In this document: positions 1 to 6,274 of the stretch, piece by piece
Layout of the letters: the number at the start of each line of letters is the position of its first letter
Numbering within the stretch: position 1 is the stretch's first letter
Virus record (IMG/VR): IMGVR_UViG_3300045988_077100
Coordinates: 1 to 64,000 of that record
Length of the DNA stretch: 64,000 nucleotides
Direction: 5' to 3' (one strand)
DNA from: a virus
Notes under the pieces: generated by a model
Told to the model about the DNA's origin: nothing
What the model saw: the letters and a program-made list of their open reading frames with translations, nothing else
Database searches by the model: none
Program-made: the position numbers and the translations under genes

Positions 1-610
1 TGCGGATCATGGCTCCATAGGAGTTTTCCGCATCCACCCAGCCTGTGACCATATACTCGCCGTTTCCCAAATGGGTAACGGTGGCGTCCGATAGCTTGCA
101 GAATTTGGCGGTGGACGGCGCTTTCAGATAGTCCTCTACAATCAACTGTGCACAGTAAAAAGCGTCATCATCGGAATGACGGGCGGTATTGATTGTAGAG
201 GAGCTGCCGGAGGACGAAGATGAGGACGAGGACGGGGTGTGTTTTGAGGAATGTCCGCTGGTCTGCGTGGTTGGGGTGGTGGGGCTTTTTGCGGGGACCG
301 GCTGGTTTGCGGAAGTCGCCACTACGCCAATGATGCAGAGAACAACCAGGCACATTGCAAAAATAAACCCTTGCTGAACCTTTTTATCATGCGCTGCTTG
401 CGGCTCCGGGTTCACTGCGGGAGTCTCCGGCACCGGCGGTTTAACGGCGGGGGTCGCTGCTTCCGGGGCAGGGGCAGGACTCTGCGGCGGTTTTCCCGGT
501 GCTTTTGCAGATTCGCTGAGAATGACAGATACGGGGCATCCGCAATGAGGGCAGCGGTCCGCCTTGTCGCTGATCATGTTGCCACATTCGGTGCATTTTA
601 TCAGTGCCAT
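1..610 (-). CDS. zinc-ribbon membrane protein (3' end truncated by window edge)
   Basis: ATG at 610 preceded by GGGAGG RBS. Own translation: MALIKCTECGNMISDKADRCPHCGCP (CxxC..CxxC zinc ribbon), Pro-rich linker, TM segment FIFAMCLVVLCIIGVV, Ser/Thr-rich stretch. Open to position 1. Absent from the ORF track because it is truncated. Confidence 0.7.
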   Translation of the reverse strand, partial: MALIKCTECGNMISDKADRCPHCGCPVSVILSESAKAPGKPPQSPAPAPEAATPAVKPPVPETPAVNPEPQAAHDKKVQQGFIFAMCLVVLCIIGVVATSANQPVPAKSPTTPTTQTSGHSSKHTPSSSSSSSSGSSSTINTARHSDDDAFYCAQLIVEDYLKAPSTAKFCKLSDATVTHLGNGEYMVTGWVDAENSYGAMIR

Positions 611-679
611 ATCAAAAACCTCCCAAATTCCTGATAGTTTGACCATATCGCATTTTGCAAGAGAAGTCAAGCGCCTGTG

Positions 680-713
680 AAAAAGCCGCCCACCACGGGC
701 GGCTTTGCTTTTT
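680..713. terminator. bidirectional rho-independent terminator
   Basis: AGCCGCCC-ACCAC-GGGCGGCT hairpin flanked by an A-run and a T-run, downstream of the 754..1056 minus gene. Confidence 0.6.
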
Positions 714-753
714 AACTTGCTTAAATCTTGCTTAGACTTTGCTGATTTTTTGC

Positions 754-1056
754 TTATTGGATTTCTCCGCGCCAGTATGCCGCGTTTTCTTCCTCTGTCG
801 GAAAGTCAGGAGAGAGTCCCCGCTTGCGGCGGTTTCGCCTCCATCCGCTGTAAATCTTCATATCGCGCTCGTCAATGCTGTATCCGATTCCGCGCTCAGA
901 GCGGTTGTGGACGAGCAGCGGACGCGGGTAATTTAGATTCCGCGCCCGCAAAACCTCGTATTTTCCAACGGGATCTTCAAGGTTCCAGCCGCTTTGGGTC
1001 AGATACGTTTTCAGGTCGGACAGCATCCCGTGTCTGACCGTTAATCTGTTTTTCAT
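754..1056 (-). CDS. hypothetical protein (100 aa)
   Basis: ORF track entry. GGAGGA RBS upstream of the ATG at 1056. Confidence 0.6.
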   Translation of the reverse strand: MKNRLTVRHGMLSDLKTYLTQSGWNLEDPVGKYEVLRARNLNYPRPLLVHNRSERGIGYSIDERDMKIYSGWRRNRRKRGLSPDFPTEEENAAYWRGEIQ

Positions 1057-1068
1057 CGGTTCCTCCGT

Positions 1069-1368
1069 TTAAAGGTTCTGGAAGGTGGCGTCGAACATCA
1101 CAACGCCGTTGGAGAGGTCGGAGTAAGGGATGCCCACCCAGACGGACTGTCCGGCGGTAAGACCGGAGAGAGACGAGGCGTAGGGCAGGTTTAGCACGGT
1201 ATCGTCAAAGGGAAGCTGGACGGCCACGGTGCCGCCGCTGGGGGCCGCTTTTACGGTGGCTTTTTCCAGACGGAGGCAGGAGCGGGTAGCGTCCGCCACT
1301 TTGGGCTGGAAGTAGTTGTTCCAGAGGCTATCAGCCAGCGCTTTCATGTCGGCGTTTTGATTACTCAT
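1069..1368 (-). CDS. hypothetical protein (99 aa)
   Basis: Internal ATG (MSNQNADMK...) with GAGGTG RBS. The longer track start lacks an RBS. Confidence 0.55.
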   Translation of the reverse strand: MSNQNADMKALADSLWNNYFQPKVADATRSCLRLEKATVKAAPSGGTVAVQLPFDDTVLNLPYASSLSGLTAGQSVWVGIPYSDLSNGVVMFDATFQNL

Positions 1369-1381
1369 GCAGTGCACCTCG

Positions 1382-1576
1382 TTATTCCGCGCCGGTGAGA
1401 CGGGCCTCCACCAGCTCCATTCCACGGCTTTCCAGATAGGAGATCAGAAGCAGGCGGGCGGCTTCCTCGCTTTCGGCGTCAACGGTATGATCGAACATCC
1501 GCAGCTCTCCCGCCTTGGTCTCGGCGGTGACGCTGAAGGCGAAGTCCCTGCGGGTGACATTGGTTTTCAGGTTCAT
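1382..1576 (-). CDS. hypothetical protein (64 aa)
   Basis: GGAGGA RBS. Start overlaps the stop of the upstream gene (translational coupling). Confidence 0.55.
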   Translation of the reverse strand: MNLKTNVTRRDFAFSVTAETKAGELRMFDHTVDAESEEAARLLLISYLESRGMELVEARLTGAE

Positions 1577-1872
1577 GTGGTTTCCTCCGTGATCCAGATT
1601 TCAGAGACGGTAAAGGTGAAGCAGATACCCCGGTCCGTTTTGTCGGTCTGCACAGTGTCGCACTGGCAGAACAGGAAGGAGAGAGCCTGCCGGATGGTGG
1701 AATTAAGGACCACAAGGGGAGTGGGAAATTCCAGCGCAACGGAGGCGTTCTCCCGGTTCTCATGAGGCGGCTGGTCCAGCAAGCGGACCTGGGGGACCAG
1801 ACGGTCGATCTTCCCGGCGGCTTCCCGCAGGGCGTTGTATCGGTTCATGGCGGTGGGGTTCATGATCTTCAT
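1573..1872 (-). CDS. hypothetical protein (99 aa)
   Basis: Start at MKIMNPTAMN with AGGAGA RBS. First gene of a four-gene minus-strand operon. Confidence 0.6.
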   Translation of the reverse strand: MKIMNPTAMNRYNALREAAGKIDRLVPQVRLLDQPPHENRENASVALEFPTPLVVLNSTIRQALSFLFCQCDTVQTDKTDRGICFTFTVSEIWITEETT

Positions 1873-1920
1873 TGTAAAATTCTCCTTTACCTTTAGGCGT
1901 GTAATTCCTTTTTGTGAGAA

Positions 1921-1949
1921 AATTATAGGCGCTTTTACATGGAATGTCG
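1921..1949 (-). promoter_or_regulatory. candidate sigma-70 promoter for the 1872..754 operon
   Basis: Minus-strand TCGACA, 17-nt spacer, TATAAT. Confidence 0.4.
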
Positions 1950-1952
1950 AGA

Positions 1953-1999
1953 TAAAAAAGGGAGGAACCTTTTCCAAAACGGAAACCGTTCCCCCTTTT
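1953..1999. terminator. bidirectional terminator downstream of hup
   Basis: Long nested hairpin flanked by AAAAAA and TTTTT. Confidence 0.6.
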
Positions 2000-2150
2000 T
2001 CGGTATGAGTATGGTCTTGATTAAAATTCTTGCGCTGACGGCCCCACAAGCGGCCTGAGAGATAAGAGAGAGGCGAGGGGCTGAAAACTGCCCCACGAAA
2101 CTCAAGGGGCGCTTACAGGGCTTCTGTGGGCAATTTACGAAATGGGGGTA

Positions 2151-2426
2151 TCAGCCGTTCAGGGCGTCCTTCAGGGGCTTTGCGGGGCGGAACACCGCAA
2201 CCGTCTTGGCGGGAAATTCCTTTTCCTCGCCAGTACGGGGGTCTTTCCCCACCCGTGCTTCCCGGTGCTTCACGGCAAACTTGCCGAAGCCGGGGACTTT
2301 GACCTCGCTGCCGTTGAGCAGGGATTCCTCAATGACGGTAAACAGGGCGTCGGCCAGCAGTGCGGTGTCATGCTTGGTGTGGCCGGTGCGCTCCGCAACG
2401 GCGGCGATCAATTCAGTCTTGTTCAT
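2151..2426 (-). CDS. hup: HU family DNA-binding protein
   Basis: MNKTELIAAVAE...FGKFAVKHREARVGKDPRTGEEKEFPAKTVAVFRPAKPLKDALN is a classic HU/IHF signature. AGGAGG RBS. Confidence 0.9.
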   Translation of the reverse strand: MNKTELIAAVAERTGHTKHDTALLADALFTVIEESLLNGSEVKVPGFGKFAVKHREARVGKDPRTGEEKEFPAKTVAVFRPAKPLKDALNG

Positions 2427-2454
2427 GGGACATCCTCCTTTCCTAAAATTTCAA

Positions 2455-2529
2455 TGGCAGGGATGGCTGGATTCGGACCAGCGCGTGAGGGAGTCAAAGT
2501 CCCTTGCCTTACCGCTTGGCTACACCCCT
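2455..2529 (-). tRNA. tRNA-Gln (UUG)
   Basis: Manual cloverleaf: AGGGGTG/CATCCCT acceptor, GCC/GGC D stem, AGGGA-CTTTGAC-TCCCT anticodon arm, GCTGG-TCCGAAT-CCAGC T arm, encoded CCA. Confidence 0.85.
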
Positions 2530-2888
2530 GTATTTTTACATAGGCTCCCGGCATTGCGCTCCGTTTGGATTGCTTACACAATTAGCCGTACAGAACCGGG
2601 CAAGCATACTGCCCTACACAACGGCCTTGCCCAAGGGCAGCCGTTACCTCACCACTTCCGCATACCTTTCGATGAACACGCCTCGGAGTTCGCTCTGCAT
2701 GGTTCTGTACGCGCTAACCGCGGAACTTTTCAGCCCTGCGCCGGTATGTCGGTCGCATCCGTTTCTTCATTCATAGCCGGAGCCAGCCAAATAATTATTA
2801 TTCGGCCTGCCGCTTTCATACAGCGCACAGGCAAGCCCCTTGTAGCGGTCTTACCCTTCCGCGGCGCCGCAATGCGGTAGCATACATC
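2530..2888 (-). ncRNA. candidate structured RNA spacer between tRNA genes (family unknown)
   Basis: No credible ORF. An 11-bp perfect long-range inverted repeat (2587-2597 / 2701-2711) encloses nested helices. Several further local hairpins. Confidence 0.3.
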
Positions 2889-2965
2889 TGGCAGGGACGG
2901 TTGGGAATCGAACCCACCCAAGCGGTTTTGGAGACCGCCTCGCCAGCCTTGGAACATTCGCCCCT
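2889..2965 (-). tRNA. tRNA-Trp(CCA)-like, non-canonical (no D stem, irregular T-stem junction)
   Basis: Acceptor AGGGGCG/CGTCCCT + G + CCA. GCGGT-CTCCAAA-ACCGC anticodon arm. GTGGG-TTCGATT-CCCAA T arm with a G.A pair and one extra nt. No pairable D stem was found. Confidence 0.45.
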
Positions 2966-3105
2966 ATGTTTGTCTGTCTTTCCAGACTGTCACCGCTGCG
3001 TGTCGGCTGCCTGCGGTTGGCCCCCATAGGTACACGTTTCTGTTGCCCTGCCGCGCCCATCTCCGGGCAACCCGTTTGTGATTGTACTTCTCATGGCGCT
3101 GGATG

Positions 3106-3180
3106 TGGTGCAGACGGCTGGATTTGAACCTGCATCGTTCCCCACTTCGGGGGTGCTCTAACCTACTGAGCTACGTCTGC
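3106..3180 (-). ncRNA. tRNA-like module 2 (canonical D arm, truncated anticodon arm)
   Basis: GCAGACG/CGTCTGC acceptor + ACCA. GCTC-AGTAGGTTA-GAGC D arm. The anticodon arm is reduced to CCCC-CGAAGT-GGGG (14 nt instead of 17). The T arm has one A.A mismatch. Confidence 0.5.
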
Positions 3181-3371
3181 AAATGTCCCCTCTGGGACAC
3201 TTCGTCAGGGAACCCTGGACGAGAGGTGCGAGGGGTCCTATGCCCAACCGGAATTGCACCGGGGCGTCAAGGGCAAGTACCAGTTGCCGGAGACGAGCTG
3301 CTTTTGCGGGCCGCAGCTTATATATTTATGGAGCACTGGCAGAGACGCATCACCCAAAATGCTCCCCGCCA

Positions 3372-3487
3372 TGGTGCAGATGGTGAGGATTTGCACCTCA
3401 CATAGCCTAACAGTGTCGGCCTCCACCGCTTTGCTGGGCGGCACCCGAACTGTCATTTGTAGCGTCTACCTATTCCGCTACATCTGC
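3372..3487 (-). ncRNA. tRNA-like module 3 (116 nt, extended rod replacing the anticodon arm)
   Basis: GCAGATG/CATCTGC acceptor + ACCA. Class-II-like D arm TAGCG-GAATAGGTAGA-CGCTA. (G)TGAGG-TGCAAAT-CCTCA(C) T arm. The central arm ACAGT-TCGG..CCGC-CCAGCAAA-GCGG..CCGA-ACTGT is about 44 nt. Confidence 0.45.
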
Positions 3488-3644
3488 ATATAGATGCCGG
3501 ACTTTCCCGGCGGTCATGTCGCTCAGATTCTCCGAGAATACCGTCCCGATAGCGGCTGTATCAACCCGCCGACTCCACTGCCAGATATGGAGGTTTCATT
3601 CCCACTACGGTTTATAGAGTAACCACCTCTTATGTGGGCGGGCA

Positions 3645-3713
3645 TGGTGCAGACGGCCGGAGAGGTCCCCGGCTACCGGGTGGAAAGGACAAAAGCACCG
3701 GTTGGACATCTGC
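3645..3713 (-). ncRNA. tRNA-like module 4 (69 nt mini, two hairpins between the acceptor strands)
   Basis: GCAGATG/CGTCTGC acceptor (one G.U) + ACCA. Internal hairpins ACCGGTG..CACCCGGT and CCGGGG-ACCT-CTCCGG. No D arm and no T-loop consensus. Confidence 0.4.
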
Positions 3714-3825
3714 ATAGACCCGCCTTGTTTGCGCCATGGCGGGTGATGTGGCGGCCCGACTTTCCGGGCTGTCATACACATTCAGGAGGCTTTGCAATCC
3801 ATGCAGGGCGCTGCTCGTGCACCCT

Positions 3826-3899
3826 TGGAGCGGATAATGGGAATCGAACCCACCTTCGCGGCTTGGGAAGCCGCCGTTCTACCGATGAACTATATCCGC
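3826..3899 (-). tRNA. tRNA-Gly (CCC)
   Basis: Fully canonical manual fold: GCGGATA/TATCCGC, GTTC/GAAC, GCGGC-TTCCCAA-GCCGC, GTGGG-TTCGATT-CCCAT, T + CCA. Confidence 0.9.
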
Positions 3900-4007
3900 A
3901 TATGCCCTGCCGGGGTCGCACCGGGGCACCGCTCCGAGAACGGCGAGCGTGTACTTACGGGCCACGCTTGGAAGGTAGGAGAATACTACGTGCGGCATCC
4001 GCGCCGC

Positions 4008-4108
4008 TGGTGAGCGAAACCGGAGTTGAACCGGGAGAACAGAGGACAAGCCAAAAACCCTGTTCGCGCAGGGTGTGAGTCTGCGCCGTGTCCGCACGAT
4101 TTTCGCCC
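4008..4108 (-). ncRNA. selC/allo-tRNA-like RNA (101 nt; 8-bp acceptor, 4-bp T stem, long variable arm)
   Basis: GGGCGAAA/TTTCGCTC 8-bp acceptor + A + CCA. D hairpin (T)CGTG-CGGA-CACG(G). GCGCAG/CTGCGC stem with a 9-nt loop ACUCACACC. Variable arm GAACAG..CTGTTC. CCGG-TTCAACT-CCGG T arm. Confidence 0.45.
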
Positions 4109-4253
4109 ATGCTGTTTTGGAGTTTGGCGGCTGCCGTTGGGTAGGCCGGCAGCCGCCGTGCATGAGGGAAGATAGAAAGATGGAAAGTAAGGGCGGCGTC
4201 TATCTCGCCCTTGATTTTATTATACGATACCCCTCCAATAGGGTTTTTGCCAT

Positions 4254-4664
4254 TTAGGATTCCGGGGCCAAGGCAAAGCAAAGGTTACAAAAACAATCCA
4301 GCGGCGCTTCGGTGATTGGAATAAAAACCCGTTCCACGGTGCGGTGAGAATAAGAATCTGGAATCGCGCAAAACGGGCCGAGCCAAGCCATTTTTAAGTA
4401 TTGTTCACCAGCGTGTTCGCATATATATACCTGCTGCTTCGGGGGAACGAGGTTCGCACGAATGAAATCTTGCAGACTGAAAATTTCAGGTTTGGGGCTT
4501 GCGGCGGCTTCTTTCGCGTGTTTCAGCTCCGCCTCAAGCCGTTCGGTTTCGTTGAAAAGATGCCTAATCGTTGTTGACGCCTCCGTGCAGACGATAGACT
4601 CTCGGAAATCATGCGACTCTTCGGCAAGCGAAACAAGATCGTCAATCAATGCGTTGTACTTCAT
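4254..4664 (-). CDS. hypothetical protein (136 aa)
   Basis: Start moved to MKYNALIDDLV. The N-terminal extension in the track overlaps the upstream gene and is low-complexity. Confidence 0.55.
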   Translation of the reverse strand: MKYNALIDDLVSLAEESHDFRESIVCTEASTTIRHLFNETERLEAELKHAKEAAASPKPEIFSLQDFIRANLVPPKQQVYICEHAGEQYLKMAWLGPFCAIPDSYSHRTVERVFIPITEAPLDCFCNLCFALAPES

Positions 4665-4704
4665 GGCTTTATACTCCAAGTGTTTCTCCTTTCTGCGCCA
4701 CTGT

Positions 4705-5397
4705 TCAGGCGGCGGCTTCGGCGGGCTTGCGGCAGGGGCAGAGGATGCCCTCGCCGTCGGCGGACCGGAAATAGATGGGGGTGATATAGGGCTTCTGTTC
4801 AGAGGCGAACGCCTCGCCATCGGGGAAAATCTGAAGGAAATCGATCAGATAGTTTGGGTTGACTCTGGGGAGACCGGGGCCGAAATCGTAATAAGGGGAG
4901 AAGGTTTCGCCCCTGCGGTGGCGCTTGGCGGCCCATTCCGCGCGGTCCGTTTTGATTTGCGCCCGAACCTCCGCCACAGTGGGAAGAGTGAGGCGCAGGG
5001 TGTTCTTGCGGATGGGGGCGATGAACTGCGCCAGGTTGAACCGGGAACCGTCCGCGCTGAGTTCCGGCGCGGCGGTCAGCTCCATGGGGCTGTTCAGGCG
5101 GAAGCCGCGGTGCCCGTCGCAGACGCACTGCTTGCCTTCCTCGTCGATCCAGAAGCCCTGTTCATTGGGGCGTTGGCTGTTCATGCGCACGGCTGCGTCG
5201 CAGATGCGGCTGGCAGCTTCCTCCACCAACGTGCGGCGGAGATCCTGTTCTAAAAAATACAGCTGGGGAATGGGACCGACGGCGCTTTTCCATTCATAGG
5301 GGTTTTTGCTGACGGCGGTATAAATGGCGGCTCCGTCCTCGTCCAGTCCGTGGACGAGCTGCAAAACGCAGGTGAGGGACTGTTCAGTGTTCATCAT
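4705..5397 (-). CDS. hypothetical protein (230 aa)
   Basis: Start at MMNTEQSL with AGGAGC RBS. Part of the minus-strand operon. Confidence 0.6.
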   Translation of the reverse strand: MMNTEQSLTCVLQLVHGLDEDGAAIYTAVSKNPYEWKSAVGPIPQLYFLEQDLRRTLVEEAASRICDAAVRMNSQRPNEQGFWIDEEGKQCVCDGHRGFRLNSPMELTAAPELSADGSRFNLAQFIAPIRKNTLRLTLPTVAEVRAQIKTDRAEWAAKRHRRGETFSPYYDFGPGLPRVNPNYLIDFLQIFPDGEAFASEQKPYITPIYFRSADGEGILCPCRKPAEAAA

Positions 5398-5614
5398 GGG
5401 TATGTGCTCCTTTCTGTTCATTTCTTGCGGTGGCCATGACCTCGCGGGCTACGTCTGCGTAGCACTCGCGGTAAAGGTCAACGCCGTATTTGTCGCGGAT
5501 GGCGTCGAGCTTGTCCACGTTGAAAAGCTCGGTAAACGGTTCGTACTTGTGCGGGGTGGGGAGGCGCGCGGCGATGATCTCGTTTCTGCACTCCCCATAT
5601 CCGGCGGTTTTCAT
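5384..5614 (-). CDS. hypothetical protein (76 aa)
   Basis: Start at MKTAGYGECR with AAAGGAG RBS. Confidence 0.5.
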   Translation of the reverse strand: MKTAGYGECRNEIIAARLPTPHKYEPFTELFNVDKLDAIRDKYGVDLYRECYADVAREVMATARNEQKGAHTHDEH

Positions 5615-5640
5615 GGTTGCGCTCCTTTCTGCGCGGCTGT

Positions 5641-5856
5641 TCAGGCGTATAGGATTTTCGAGGTTCCGGGGACGCGGCACTGGATCGAACAATCCGGGGC
5701 GTTCTTTTTGTTCAGGTCGATCCATGACTTCACGACGGGGAGAAGATCGTCATTGTAGACGGGCGCATAAACGAGGCGATTAAACAGCTCGCCGGTGTTC
5801 AGGCTCATGGGCTTATGCTGTTTGTCTCTGGGTCCTTTGAAGTAAACCATAAACAT
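5641..5856 (-). CDS. hypothetical protein (71 aa)
   Basis: AAAGGAG RBS, ORF track entry. Confidence 0.5.
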   Translation of the reverse strand: MFMVYFKGPRDKQHKPMSLNTGELFNRLVYAPVYNDDLLPVVKSWIDLNKKNAPDCSIQCRVPGTSKILYA

Positions 5857-5913
5857 AGGGTGGATCTCCTTTCGCGCTCTTGCGATTCCTGAACCAGATT
5901 CGATTTCATCGAA

Positions 5914-6180
5914 TTATTTTTCATTTAATTGGGATTTGATGGCGTCACGGGCCGCAATCAGCAAGGAAAACTCCTGCCGGTTTTCTGTGTTCTGATGATT
6001 TTTCACATAGAGGTCGGCGGTTTTGCACAGGTTTGCAAAATTCATACCGGGCCGCTCTGCAGCCTCCTGCAAAGCGGACACAAGGCGGAGAATGTGTTTA
6101 CGCTCAATCTCCTGCACGGGTTCGCTCAGTTCGCCTGCGATATAGGCGCGGGCCTGCGCATCGTTCAGTTTAGCTTTCAT
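5914..6180 (-). CDS. hypothetical protein (88 aa)
   Basis: ORF track entry with AAAGGA RBS. Confidence 0.55.
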   Translation of the reverse strand: MKAKLNDAQARAYIAGELSEPVQEIERKHILRLVSALQEAAERPGMNFANLCKTADLYVKNHQNTENRQEFSLLIAARDAIKSQLNEK

Positions 6181-6274
6181 GGGTGTCCTTTCATGCCCTC
6201 GTGACCTCCGGGGCGGGCTGTTCAGTTCTTAATTTCATTGTAGCAGGGTGGGCCAAGGGGGTTTTTGCCGCTGT

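Noticed and set aside
2760-2810. Possible tmRNA tag-like reading frame (..NNNYLAGSGYE*) in the structured spacer
   Set aside because: There is no ALAA-type hydrophobic tag end. There are no GGGG...UCCACCA tRNA-Ala-like termini and no smpB nearby.
3495-3515. GGGAAAGTCCGG (minus strand), resembling the RNase P P4 motif GGAAAGUCCGG
   Set aside because: It forms a simple local hairpin (GCCGG-GAAAGT-CCGGC). A near-duplicate hairpin occurs at 3752-3767. I could not find a partner ACAGAAxCCGGCUUA strand in the proper arrangement. The ACAGAACC strings at 2588-2597 and 2701-2710 pair with each other instead.
2142-4163. Numerous 60-220-aa track ORFs across the hup-upstream tract
   Set aside because: They overlap canonical tRNA genes and tRNA-like structures. 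They lack RBSs and are Arg/Pro/Cys-rich. The region is better explained as non-coding RNA.
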